DNA of 53,120 nt from Veleropilina oligotropha. Taxonomy: Eukaryota. This document shows, one piece after another, positions 26,128-38,912 of the stretch. Positions within the stretch are counted from its first letter, which is position 1. Each line of letters begins with the position of its first letter. The position numbers and the translations under genes were made by a program. Below the pieces are notes generated by a model. That model saw only the letters and a list, made by a program, of their open reading frames with translations. It was not told the origin of the DNA and ran no database searches. Location of the stretch: contig JBEUKZ010000023.1 in NCBI GenBank assembly GCA_048128005.1, positions 434,001-487,120 of the forward strand, read 5' to 3'.

Positions 26128-27028
26128 CCTGCCCTCTATCTATCCCAAGACTCTCCCCATTTGTCCCCCCATCCCCCTTCACACCTGCCTGCCCCCCTTC
26201 CATCTACCCATCCCAAGACTCTCCATTTCTCCCCCCACCCACCTTCACACCTGCCTGCCCCCCTTCCCTCTATCCATCCCAAGACTCTCTCCATTTCTCC
26301 CCCCATCCCCCCTCACACCTGCCTGCCCCCCTTCCCTCTATCCATCCCAAGACTCTCTCCATTTCTCCCCCCATCCACCTTCACACCTGCCTGCCCCCCA
26401 TCCCTCTATCCATCCCAAGACTCTCTCCATTTCTCCCCCATCCCCCTTCACACCTGCCTGCCCCCCTTCCCTCTATCCATCCCAAGACTCTCTCCATTTC
26501 TCCCCCATCCCCCTTCACACCTGCCTGCCCCCCTTCCCTCTATCCATCCCAAGACTTTCTCCATTTCTCCCCCCATCCCCCTTCACACCTGCCTGCCCCC
26601 CTTCCCTCTATCCATCCCAAGACTCTCTCCATTTCTCCCCCATCCCCCTTCACACCTGCCTGCCCCCCCTTCCCTCTATCCATCCCAAGACTCTCTCCAT
26701 TTCTCCCCCCATCCCCCTCACACCTGCCTGCCCCCCATCCATCCCAAGACTCTCTCCATTTCTTCCCCCATCCCCTTTCACACCTGCCTGCCCCCCTTCC
26801 CTCTATCCATCCCAAGACTCTCTCCATTTCTCCCCAATCCCCCTCACACCTGCCTGCCCCCCCTTCCCTCTATTCATCCCAAGACTCTCTCCATCTCTCC
26901 CCCCATCCACCTTCACACCTGCCTGCCCCCCTTCCCTCTATCCATCCCAAGACTCTCTCCATTTCTCCCCCCATCCCCCCTCACACCTGCCTGCCCCCCT
27001 TCCCTCTATTGATCCCAAGACTCTCTCA
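26128..27028. repeat. C-rich ~68-bp minisatellite, ~13 units
   Basis: Unit ccccttcacacctgcctgccccccttccctctatccatcccaagactctctccatttctcccccat with C-run length variation. Confidence 0.95.
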
Positions 27029-27335
27029 ATCAGCTCACGCTATCTCCCTATATATAAAATAGTGAACTTGGTCAATTCAAACAGGCGCAACAGTGAACTT
27101 GGCCAATTCGAACGGGCGCAGAAGTCGCAAGTGGCAAACAGACACACATGCAAATAAACAATTACTACTTTATATATACAGATGTTCGCCATGCCGATTC
27201 ATACTGGATGTGCATTTTACCCACCATAAAAATTCTCACATGAGTTGGTGAAGAATCTGAGATGGGACAAGCAAATGACGGTTTGGTTTGATCTGAAGCG
27301 ATCGATGCCTATAATGTCCTGTCTTTAACCACCTT

Positions 27336-28298
27336 CTGGCTCATAGCAGGCCACGCCCATATTATCTTGGGAGAAGAGCCTGGCTCATAGCAGGCCACGT
27401 CCATATTATCTTGGGAGAAGAGCCTGGCTCATAGCAGGCCACGTCCATATTATCTTGGGAGAAGAGCCTGGCTCATAGCAGGCCACGTCCATATTATCTT
27501 GGGAGAAGAGCCTGGCTCATAGCAGGCCACGTCCATATTATCTTGGGAGAAGAGCCTGGCTCATAGCAGGCCACGTCCATATTATCTTGGGAGAAGAGCC
27601 TGGCTCATAGCAGGCCACGTCCATATTATCTTGGGAGAAGAGCCTGGCTCATAGCAGGCCACGTCCATATTATCTTGGGAGAAGAGCCTGAGCCAGGCCA
27701 CGTCCATATTATCTTGGGAGAAGAGCCTGGCTCATAGCAGGCCACGCCCATATTATCTTGGGAGAAGAGCCTGGCTCATAGCAGGCCACGTCCATATTAT
27801 CTTGGGAGAAGAGCCTGGCTCATAGCAGGCCACGTCCATATTATCTTGGGAGAAGAGCCTGGCTCATAGCAGGCCACGTCCATATTATCTTGGGAGAAGA
27901 GCCTGGCTCATAGCAGGCCACGCCCATATTATCTTGGGAGAAGAGCCTGGCTCATAGCAGGCCACGTCCATATTATCTTGGGAGAAGAGCCTGGCTCATA
28001 GCAGGCCACGTCCATATTATCTTGGGAGAAGAGCCTGGCTCATAGCAGGCCACGTCCATATTATCTTGGGAGAAGAGCCTGGCTCATAGCAGGCCACGTC
28101 CATATTATCTTGGGAGAAGAGCCTGGCTCATAGCAGGCCACGTCCATATTATCTTGGGAGAAGAGCCTGGCTCATAGCAGGCCACGTCCATATTATCTTG
28201 GGAGAAGAGCCTGGCTCATAGCAGGCCACGTCCATATTATCTTGGGAGAAGAGCCTGGCTCATAGCAGGCCACGTCCATATTATCTTGGGAGAAGAGC
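27336..28298. repeat. 44-bp minisatellite, 22 units, expanded inside a minus-strand SINE (27300-28335)
   Basis: ctggctcatagcaggccacgtccatattatcttgggagaagagc repeated head to tail; one unit near 27688 is 5 bp shorter. Confidence 0.95.
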
Positions 28299-29298
28299 CC
28301 ACCCTCACCAGAAAATTATCGACAACTGTGTCTGTCAGAAATTTTGAAATACCGGGAAACACTTTGATGCCCTGGCTAATAACTTTCTTATTTTCATATT
28401 TAAACTTCAGTACTAATATTTTCATGTTCCAGAATGTTGAGAAAAGCCAGTTCACTGTTTTCCTAAATGTATAGACCTGCAAAGCACTAAATATATTATC
28501 ATGGTAATGTTTGATTTTCATTTCCCAAAAGTCGATCGAGATACATGTATTCTGTTTGGATTAATATCGCATAGATATCTTTGTGATTACTGCAAAATTA
28601 TTTTCGCATACATTAGGCAAAATAATGCAATCAATTAATGTTACTGTGAAGTTAATTATTTCATGTTAGGAGTGCAGAATATGTAAATATTCCATATGAC
28701 GTTTTAAACATCATACCCATAATAATTATTATTGAATGGTATGTGGAGGAGTTATGACATCTTCATGGGTATATTGCAACATAAATGTGCCACAGAAATT
28801 ACATATGCCATGCACTTTAAACTCATGAATTGGAACAGAACATTGTAAAAACAAGGAAAACACACTCATAATGTTATAGTTTCATAAAAATATGATATAA
28901 GATTATTGAAATATTGTCATGTATACACATGAATGAAAACTAATACATGTATATATCAAATTATAAGTTACTTAAATGCTGTATATTTTCATACACTTAT
29001 TAAAATATACATAAATTTTTGAGCGCAGCAACGATATTTGTTGCAAATAAGTTATAACAAAATTTCCTGAACTTTTACAATGTTGCATGCCTGTTCCTCT
29101 TTCAATGAAAAGATTTTATTTCATCTAAGAAAACCAAGAATCAGATATGGTCATGCATTATGTACAAGTAGGGTACATAATTTAAACCCGACAGAAATTC
29201 ATTCCAGGAAGAATTGTATTGAGGGGCATGCGAGGTCAATGCAGGTTGCATTCCATCTTTTTAGAGCACATGCTTTCGCTTCCCTCGTGGTAACGTAC

Positions 29299-29351
29299 CT
29301 AGCCCTCAAGTGACTCGGTGGTCGATGATATGGTATAAATATATCTTAGTT
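29299..29351 (-). CDS. Gene B candidate terminal exon 13b (ELRYIYTISSTTESLEG*)
   Basis: Acceptor ttcttgtag| at 29353; phase 1 fits exon 12b; TAG at 29301-29299. Short, so tentative. Confidence 0.45.
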
Positions 29352-29614
29352 CTACAAGAAAGTTTGGATTATAAAATGCATAATAAACAGAATGATTTTC
29401 TATTAAATATTAAATAATTAATTCCACCACCATTATATATTAATGGTTTTATGCAATTAACATCAAATATGATATTAAAATTAAGAAAACAAAACATTAA
29501 AATTAAACGTAATGAATTTAACATGCATTGTGAAAGTGCAACGATATCGGTGATTTTATGTCATGTTCGTAACATTCCACAGTACATTGTGCATACTTGA
29601 CAAGTTCAATTTAC

Positions 29615-29788
29615 CTTGATGCCCTTTGTAAGAATAGCTAACTGACGCACTTCCTTCTGCATATGATGCCCCCTGGTGAGCAACTGCTGAACTACCGCCT
29701 CCTTCCTGGTACTCGCGTTGCGAAGCATCATAGGATGTTGAGGAATACATATTGCGCCCACCAGCGGCAGCATATGCACCATTTGAAA
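29615..29788 (-). CDS. Gene B C-tail exon 12b
   Basis: attttag|TT...CAAG|GTAAAT, 174 nt, phase 1-1; VSNGAYAAAGGRNMYSSTSYDASQREYQEG..., homologous to exon 12a. Confidence 0.75.
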
Positions 29789-29897
29789 CTAAAATATTAA
29801 ACAAAAGAAATTATCATCATATTTAAAAGGTAAATTGAACAGAAATAATATATTTAAATGTATAACAAATTGACTGATTGATAGAATTGATGTTTAA

Positions 29898-30753
29898 CCA
29901 GTTAACTGCGGAATAAATGATGGAGCTATCTGTATCTCAGTGCGGAATAAAATTTGGTCGAAAATTGAATTTTTTAAAATTCTGCGTGTCATGTTCCTAT
30001 TGTCATTTTTATGTATATACAACATATTATAACCATAAAAAAGTATTTATAAAGCAATAATTAATCAATTTTATCATTATCATGTCTTTTATTCATTAAT
30101 TATACATAATTGTCCTAATTTCATGCTTTTGCATGAAATTAATTCGTCATAAAAAAACAGTTCAAAGTATTCTTTTGGATCTGCCACATTTTGAATGTCG
30201 ACTTTTATCCCTGGATTGCCAGTAAAGGGAAACCTATCCCTTGCACGTCCATGGCTGATCACCGGGACCATTAGTAGTACAACTACTACTTGCACTGCTA
30301 TCGACTATCGTTCATATCTGGTTCATCACTTCCACTAGAATCATCGTCAGAGGTAACAGTGTCCTCGGTATCATACAAAGCTGAATCACGCAAATAACCA
30401 TCGTCGGAATCTTCACTGTCTGAGCTATTATCATCATCAGTTTCAAACATCATCGCTAAAGCCTATTGTTCTGTCAGCTTGGTTCGTTTACGCGAAGTTG
30501 CTAGGGTTATCAATATCTATGTTTTTCTAGACAAAAGAGCCTATTCTTGTTCTTGTTCGAATCAAACAACGGCCGATATAAGAATCTTAGGCTACTGCAC
30601 TGATGCTAAATATAGCAGAACGATCGATAGTATGGGGATTCCCCATATTCAGAAGTCATGTCCTGGCTATATTTAGAGACGTCATATGACGTCTTACGCA
30701 CTGACTAGTATGATAGGCAAAGACGTCATATGACGTCTTACGCAGTTAACTGG
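29898..30753 (-). mobile_element. Internally deleted piggyBac element
   Basis: TTAA on both flanks, perfect 13-bp TIR ccagttaactgcg, doubled subterminal agacgtcatatgacgtcttacgca, acidic N-terminal remnant and FPFTGNPG...PKEYFELFFYDELI typical of piggyBac/PGBD transposases. Confidence 0.9.
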
Positions 30754-30947
30754 TTAACAACCACTCAAACAAAATTGTCATAATTTAATTTTCACACATT
30801 GTGTCTAAACTTTGTAGCAATCCAATAATGTATATTTGACTTTTTGGATAATAGCACATTATTAACAAACTCGGATGGAGGTTCCCATTTCAGCAGGTAG
30901 GAGTGAGGGTAATGGGATTTCCCAATTCTCAGTACAGCTTAGATGAC

Positions 30948-30970
30948 CTAGCTCTTCACTACATATCTGC
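30948..30970 (-). CDS. Gene B candidate terminal exon 13a (GRYVVKS*)
   Basis: Acceptor cctctttcag| at 30972; phase 1 fits exon 12a; TAG at 30950-30948. Very short, tentative. Confidence 0.4.
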
Positions 30971-31240
30971 CTGAAAGAGGGGTGCTGGTTGTAAATGTAA
31001 AAAAGTTTATAAAATAGATTAACGTAAGTTAGAAACATAAAAATGACCTCCATTTTAAATTTTAAAAAGAATTCTAGGAGTGAAATTCCCTAACTATATT
31101 TATATGCATTGGGTATAAATTACAGCAGTCCGATTATATATTTGACCGTAAGAGCAGCAGAACACCATTTTGATTAAATTTTGTAGACAATTTCTAATTT
31201 TGTGATTATCATGACTGTCAAAAATAGCTAAGCAGTCCAG

Positions 31241-31893
31241 GGCCCGTATTAATGAAGACGGGATAAATTTAACCGAGAATAGCGACTAATCCCAAGATAG
31301 CTATACCGAGGTTAAGGTGAAGATGTTGTTGGTATTCACGAAGCGGTAGTAAGCAGACGATAGCTATTCAGCTGTGCTAGAAATAAATCAGGGGATCCCC
31401 GGTTACTTACTGCGCATGACTAGAACATCGTTCTCGAATCAAAATCGTCGTGATAAGCACTCTCCAGTCTGAGTTTTCGTTGAGATAGCGTAATGACAAC
31501 CCTACGTAGGAAAGTGCACGAAATGACAATCATTTCTTTCGTTCTCTCGGAGTGCTGTGCAAGTGTCATTATAATAAATAGGGTTTGGAAATATTTGCAG
31601 CTTTTGCATGCATATTTGGTGTGTATTATCAAATCCTTAAACTTATTCAATGGATTACGGCGCTCTGTATACATGTATTAAATTCGTTCTAAACCATGAA
31701 ATCTGCCTTTGTCTATCATGTTTATTCTCAGGTTACGCCACTAGACCTGGTCGGAGGGGAGAATAAGATATCCTCAGGTTAGCGACATCGGATAGCAAAA
31801 ACCACGCGCCGTGAATACCATTTTTTATATTTATTCTGATGTTAGGAGTTATCCTCAGGCTAAGGCGCTATCCTGTCTTCATGAATATGGGCC
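31241..31893. mobile_element. PIF/Harbinger-like MITE
   Basis: TIRs ggcccgtattaatgaagacgggata / tatcctgtcttcatgaatatgggcc; 3-bp TSD cag. Confidence 0.8.
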
Positions 31894-31975
31894 CAGAACT
31901 TTAAAATTACATATCACATCACAACAATATAATTATTGGCATTCTGAGTTGTAATTAGGCCTTTGGAAAACTCAC

Positions 31976-32068
31976 CCCTTACAGCTTCCCCTTCATGGTA
32001 TTCGCGTGCATTGTCATATGCTGTCGAAGAATAGATATTATTGCCTGGCGAGGTGGCATAGTCACCAT
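31976..32068 (-). CDS. Gene B C-tail exon 12a
   Basis: gttttag|AT...AGGG|GTGAGT, 93 nt, phase 1-1; DGDYATSPGNNIYSSTAYDNAREYHEGEAVR. Confidence 0.8.
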
Positions 32069-32159
32069 CTAAAACTAGAGAAAAATTGAGAATGTAAGTA
32101 ATTACAGGTGACATATTTTATTTTGGCTTAAAATTTTTTTGGGATCAATTGTTTAGGTT

Positions 32160-32306
32160 TGGATCGATGCTTAATGTCCTGTTTTTAAATATTTTCAGGT
32201 TCATACCAAGACATTTCCATAGTATCGTGAGAGGAAAGCCTCTCTGCTCAGTTATGGACAACTGTGACTGGCAACTGAACAAAGAAAGTCATTTCCCCAA
32301 CCGAGG
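32160..32306 (-). mobile_element. Partial SINE copy in a gene B intron
   Basis: ggatcgatgcttaatgtcctg, cagttatggacaactgtga, cccaaccgag. Confidence 0.65.
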
Positions 32307-32361
32307 ATGTGTGATCCATTAACTCATAGATTCATGTGCAAAACAAACTAACAATATTTAC

Positions 32362-33406
32362 CTTCGCTGTCTTCGTCTATAAGTTTCTGGTATTTGCTCA
32401 ACAGATACATCTTCCGAACTGGTCCGAACAGCAGGAGTAATGTAGCGTTGATCAAAAGCCCCACTGCGACGGCGGCATCTCGAACTCTGAACTCCGGCAA
32501 GGTCGCGGCCAGGCACCAGACCGCCCACACCGGCACGCTTAGCAATGCCATGCCGAGGATGTAACGAGATTCGTACATATTCCGCGGATGATTCCAAGAC
32601 GCAAATCCGAAAAAGATGCATAAAACAAGAAGCATCATGACGTATACCAGCGACAGAACCAGGGATTCATCGTAAAATGCCGTGGGAATGCAACGTGGCC
32701 AAATGACGCCGTTGTAGAATATCGGGCCCGCTTCGAGTCCAGGAGTGCGGAGGATCAGCAGCTCTGCGCTGATAATCACCTGAACGCCGATCAGAAGGCA
32801 GGCGACCAACAACAAGCCCATGGGACGTCCAAGTTTCGTGTATTTAACGGCGTAATCCTGACCTTTTTTGCGACTGCGGAAACTGTCGATGAGCTTAATG
32901 AAGAGGGCCGAATAGCAGATGGCATAGCAGACACCCAAACAAAACTGTCGAATTCCGCAGATTGTGGAACCGGCATGGGAAACGAAAGCGAACACCAACA
33001 CGTACAGCGTGCAAATGCCGAACATGAGGAGATAACCCAAAATACTGGTGCCGCTGCGATTTGGAAACACCACCAGGAGATAAATGAACAGGCAAATAGT
33101 AACGAAGGCCCCTATAGCTGCAAGAGTGACCACGATCGTTCCCCAAATGGAAGAAAATCGGCTCATAGAGGTAAAGTTAGGGTCTTCGTAAACAATTGCT
33201 CCTGTCGCAGGATCGACGTAGCCTCCATCCTTCAGCTGTATTCCTGCGCCCACTTGATTGTAGCTGAAAGTGCTGCCATTTGCGGCCAAACACTCGCACA
33301 CGGAACCCGGTGCACACCGTGAGAGCGGGACGAGGCCGGTATCAACAACGCTATAACCGCGATACATGCTCGTGTCTATGATGAGGTCGTTCAATCGAGA
33401 GCCAAT
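32362..33406 (-). CDS. Gene B exon 11: last 3-Cys linker and class C 7TM domain
   Basis: ttttcag|ATTGGC...GAAG|GTAAAT; IGSRLND...SRCAPGSVCEC...WGTIVVTLAAIG...ICGIRQFCLGVCYAICYSALFIKL...NMYESRYI...LLFGPVRK. Confidence 0.95.
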
Positions 33407-33924
33407 CTGAAAATATTTAAAACAAGTGTTCAAACAATTATGTAGATTAGATCCTAAATATATAAATGTTGATTTCAAATTAAGAACAAAAGATTGAAAT
33501 AAAATAATGAAATTAAGATGCATAATTGCGAAATTACATTAATAAATGATATATCAATCTGAAGATGATTTACGGTATAACGATTAGCTATTTTAAATTT
33601 TGTGGATGATATCAAGATTAAATGCACAAAACAGATACATAGTTGCTCTTTGTGAAATATATTCGATGATTTTTAAACATTTTCAAAATATAGTTTTATA
33701 TTTACAGTAAATTAATGTTTTATCAATTGTGGATATTAATAAAGGTTGTCGGCTAATTGTGTTTTGTTGAAATAATGATAATCCTACCACCTATCGTTGC
33801 TTTGTCTAAAAATAATACTTCCATTAATTTCGTATTTCTGATTGCAACTATAAATTTAATTTAGGACGAATTATGACAACATTAAAATTCAACAAGGTTA
33901 ATGTTCTATATTCAATAAACTCAC

Positions 33925-35424
33925 CCGTTGATAATGATAGGTGTTGGAGCTGGTATCTCGGTAATAATTCAATATCGTGTAGCCAATGTCGCCATACCCA
34001 GAATCGGTAAACTTGAAATTGAAGGATTTATCTTCCCCTAGTTCTTGTCGAAGAACATTCCACTGAGCTCCCAGAATGGCATCGTAGATGAGAGTGTTTC
34101 TATCATCCTCCAATGACAAACAGGCCGCAATATTTAAGCCCGATTGCTTGCAAATTTGGATATCGTTGAGGCCTTGTGCGATTACAAATGTGGCGATAAT
34201 CGTGTTTAAGACATACGGATCTTGCGGAATCATGTCGTCCGTGATTACTTCGTCGTCGTTGCAAATGGACGGGAAGGTCATCGGAGATTTCGCTGTGATT
34301 AGTCGACATTTGTGGATAGTTTGATAATATTCCTCAAACCAGTCATCAGGAATCCCTTTATGATCGGCCAGCGACAATGATTTGGTGTACTCTCTAAAAG
34401 AGGCAACATTTTCGGATCTGAATTGAATCGTTATAGCACCTGAAGCGACATCTTCCAGTCCGCTGACGACGGATAAACTGTCGGCCCAGTAATCACTGCC
34501 AAGCCAAACAAAGCGACGAATCAGGTTTCGTTGCTTGGCGGCTTGCAGCAAAAGGCGAATGTGTTGGTCGTTCACAAATAAGATAACAATTCGCGCTCCT
34601 GCAACTTTGTTGAGCTCTTCGATATAGACCAGTGTATCTGCTAACGAGGCATTCATGGGCATGGATATGACGGTGCCCAGACAGACCGTCGTGTTTCGGC
34701 TGTTGGCACTCTCCATCAGAGTCTGGATGGCGGCATTTCCATACGCGTTGTCCGAATAAACTGCGGTGGCAAAATCCCAACCGAATCGTTCGAGAACTTC
34801 TATCATAACGAGTGCCTGAATGTTATCCGGCGGAACAGTGCGAAGAAATCTGGAATGAATCAACTTGTTGCTGAGCGATGCGGCAGATCCACTTGGACTG
34901 ATTGTCGTGTAGCCTAACGGCGACAAAATCTGACTGGACAGAATGGAGTTGGTGCTACCCTCGGACATGTACGATATTATCGTCGATGGCGCGATGATTT
35001 GAGCAGCCCCTGCTTCTGACTGACACAGCCCTTCTCCGCTAAGCGTGCTGTAGATATCTTGACCGATTCTAAGCGGCGACGAACACGTGTCAATTGCAAG
35101 TCCACCCAGCTTTAAATTGGCAGGATATTGATTTGCATTGTTGTTTACGCTGTTGATGGCGTAGAAAAACGCGAGAAGATTCTGGAAGCCTCGTCCCATA
35201 TTTGCGGTTCCACAGCTGTAGGGATCTGTGGGATGAGCGTTGTGCACGTCAAAAAAGCCAACAATATTCAGGTCGTAAGGTGATTCTTTCAACATATAGC
35301 GTGAGGGATTATCGCTAGGAAAGATACATGTTTTACATGGCTCCGTGGCGGTGCAGAGTGTTGGCCAAACAAGTTCGTAACGAGAAGCGATCTTTAAATG
35401 GTGTGTATCGTTAAAGCTCCCAAT
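33925..35424 (-). CDS. Gene B exon 10: linker plus VFT5
   Basis: ttttcag|ATTGGG...CGG|GTGAGT, 1500 nt, phase 0-0; GFFDVH, IDTCS, FLRTVPPDNIQ, NAYG, WLGSDYW, DWFEEYY. Confidence 0.95.
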
Positions 35425-36273
35425 CTGAAAAACACAATTAGAAAGAAACTTATTATATACAGTACGTTTATTGAAATGTACTCGTACTTCAGTGACTTCA
35501 CTGATAGGAGAAATTAACTTTAAATATAAACAATCAAAATGATGTTTGTTCAAAGAAATAAATAAAAATTCAAATGATAGAAAGACCATTGAAACTAGGG
35601 CATTAGGACGAATCCCTCTCTCTTCCACAAAGTCCGGATCATCGCGCGTTTCCAGATCAGTACATTAACTGGAATCTTATCAACTGGACAGTACCAATCA
35701 CTCGAGAAAGTTCCGTCCAAATATATGCATTACTTTTGAGAATTTATGTGTACAGACAGACAAATCGATAACGCAACCACTTCCAACTTCATCAAAGTGG
35801 GTAGCCGCAATAAAACGTCATTGTTGACTGCAGCTGCAAACAACGTAATATTATGCCCTACATATCGCCGTGATGCGGATTTGGTCGATACAGTCATCTC
35901 CTGACGTACAGGGCTCAGTTAACGTCATGGATTGGATTGTGGTTCAATATTTACTTTCGCATTTAACACACTTAAGGTCATGCCAAGACATATAACATAT
36001 TACTACGGAAGGACAAAAGGTCATCTGGGAAAATTCGCAGTGATTATTAACTCGACAAAAACAACCCTAAGGAATTCAGCCCACTCCTGTGGATCAGAGC
36101 AGTCAGGCAAGTGAATTGGGATCCATACCGAGGACCTATCAAATTAGCCACCTGGTGGGCCCAATGGCAAGAAAGGATTGATCTTCAGTGGTCGTTGAAA
36201 GCAAAACATCGATAAAACGTAACAGTTTTCAATATAATAATAGAAATCATTGGATAGGAAATAGTGAACTTAC

Positions 36274-37598
36274 GTTTTGCAATTTGAAGCCCAGTTCGGA
36301 GTCGTCCACGACTGGCTCGTATATGTGGTAGCCACGGTCACTTTCGCCAGTGCTGGTAAAATAAAATGGCTGTTTGGTAGCATCGGTGAAGTTCACCTGC
36401 TTGATCCCATCCAGGATTAACTGACGGCGAATACCGCTCTGACGATATTGCGCACATGCTCCGTAATACGGTGTTTGAAATATGCACAGGTTTTCCAGCG
36501 CATAGTGAATACCCAGTGCCGCAGAGAATACAGAATTTACGACGTAAAGTGCATAGGGATCCTGAACGTATTTGATCGATCGCGAAAGGCCACGATATGG
36601 AGGTACGCAGTCGTTGTTATCAAAGGGTCGGGCACCACTCGGAAGATTGCATTCATACATTTGCTCGTAATATTCATCAAACCACGGATTCAGATTGTAG
36701 TTTTCTGGCGTTTTGTCCTCAAGGTATTTATCAAACAGAGGAAGGTCAGCCGTCTCGATGTCAAAGGTCACAACCCGTCGCTTTCTGTACAATCGACCTA
36801 AACCTTTCAGTACCTCTGGATCGTAGCCCCATCTGTCTGTGCCAATGAAAAAATATTTATCTGCAATTTCATCGGTCACCGCTTCCAGAAGTTTCCGAAA
36901 GTCATCTCTCTTGTCCAAAAACAGAAGAACGGCATTCGCGTTATCAGACGAAATCCTAGTCATGGTCACATTTGCATCCGACTCTGTGACGATTCCGGTT
37001 TTCCCAACAGTTATGGTCTGCGTGACGCAGATGCGATTTAAATACGCAAGACGAAGGAACTCTTTTCGTCCCATTTCTCCGACACTGTCAAAGCTGTTGA
37101 CGACTTGAACGTGATTAATTTCGTGCCTTTTCAAAAATGATATCAGGGCCCTAGCCTGTTTATCGTCGGCTGGCACTGACCTCATGAAATAATAGTATCG
37201 CAGAGGGTCCCGAAGCTCCAGGCTGGTAGCCCCGTAGGTAATTTGCGGAATCCCTAGCACGCGCAAAACGTCTGCAACACGGATCGATGCCTCCGTCTCC
37301 AGGGCTCCGATGTAGACGTCAAACGTGTCGGGATCCAGGCGGAAGTTGTTCACGATCAAGTCGATATTGCGACTATGAATGTTAGCTACCAAATTTCCAG
37401 CTCTCGTCGGGCTTTTGCAGATGTCGAAGGCAACACCGCCGAGTCTCACACCGTGAAGAACATCGCTGAAGATTCCACTTTTGCTGTTGATGTAATCAAT
37501 GGCGTAAGTGAACGCCTCCAAGAGTTGCGCTCCGTACTGTCCGTTAATCGCTCCACACAGGAAGTCTGTCTCACCTCTCTCATGGACATCGAACAAAC
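36274..37598 (-). CDS. Gene B exon 9: VFT4
   Basis: atttcag|GTTTG...AAC|GTAAGT, phase 1-0; GLFDVH, FDICK, IPQITYGAT, FMRSVPADDKQ, IGTDRW, NPWFDEYY. Confidence 0.95.
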
Positions 37599-38740
37599 CT
37601 GAAATTATAGATTTAGTAGAACAATAATTGAAATTCGAATATTAATAACAAAATGAAACATTTATTGTATTGTACATGTATTTCTGTTTTATTTTCTGAT
37701 TTCATGTATTTTCTGATAATGTGTAATCGTTAATCATTTTTCACAGTGTGAATAAGCCAATTCATACCCGCAAAATCCTAATCATATATAACTGTTAATT
37801 AAGCTTATTATATGCCAGTCGTTTTCTGACGCCTATTCTCGCTCAGTTTTCCGAGACCCAGTATCACGGACACAGCTGATATCGATTCAGAAAACGTCTC
37901 CTGCTTATATATTCACAGGAAAACGTCTCCTGCTTATATATTCAAAATGGCTGACAAATCGTAGGAACTACTTCCAATATAGTCCTATACTATTTCAACC
38001 TCCCTTACAGATTCATGACTAAAATTACCATAATGTTTCGATTCAATTTAATAAGAAACTTGTTGTGGCATATAATAAAAATGCGATTAATCCGCCGCAA
38101 AAACTACGACGTCACTCGAGGTTTCCGATGTGCCAGAATCCACACAATACTGATAACATCATTATATCAAGTTTGAAACTTTTGACTGTAGAGCGAACAC
38201 AGAAAATCTCTGTGGACATATAATCAACACGATGACAAAAAGCATAGTGTCAAGAGTGTCAAATATCATTGTTCTGACTCTCGTAAGGTTTGTCTTTTTC
38301 TGGTTGGCGAAAAAAGCAGATTTCTAAAAATATCCACCTGAAATCATAAGTACCACAAAATGACCTAGACAACATACGTGCCTCAATCTAAACTTAATCA
38401 TGTTTATACAATATTCAGGAATGTTTTTATAGCTTAAATATTATGGTAGAGATTGGTATGAAATCCTTTGAAAGAAAATAGATACAGTGGTCATGAATTC
38501 TCCGCAAAATCTATATATTACAAATGCGGGTGACCTTAGACCATAAAATTGGGTAAAGGATCGTCACTCAGCTCTGAAGTCATGTAAGAGTCGCCACAAG
38601 GGCACCAAAAATAGGGGGCTGTATGCAGTATGTGCTGACGTATGTTGCATCGAAGGTCAGCAGAACATTCCAAATGCTTAGATATGCCCTGACCGATTTA
38701 AGTCACGGGGCATAAAACATCGTGCATATAAGTGGCTTAC

Positions 38741-38912
38741 CAGCAATCATGATGTCTCCCGGGATGTATGTGAACTTCTCTCCGGTCTTTGTCGTACGTT
38801 GGCATTGGACGCATTCTGTTCCACACGTTTTCCTCACATCTCTGAAGATCGGCAATGTCGCAAGGCCAGTGACAGTTGTCAATTCTCCACTCCGAGGCGC
38901 ATACCCACCGAT
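38741..38912 (-). CDS. Gene B exon 8: linker between VFT3 and VFT4 (not in the ORF track)
   Basis: ttctccag|ATCGGT...GCTG|GTAAGC, 172 nt, phase 0-1; IGGYAPRSG...RKTCGTECVQC...YIPGDIMIAG. Confidence 0.9.

Noticed and set aside
25883..27157. 424-aa and 314-aa Pro-rich ORFs
   Set aside because: They are translations of the C-rich minisatellite, open in several frames only because the unit lacks stop codons.
27336..28298. CRISPR-like regular repeats
   Set aside because: Units are head to tail with no unique spacers, derive from a SINE, and there are no cas genes in this eukaryotic context.
32348..35628. ORF-track N- and C-termini (MHLNFII..., MEERGIR..., ...VSLLNIEH)
   Set aside because: These are intronic read-through beyond the splice sites.
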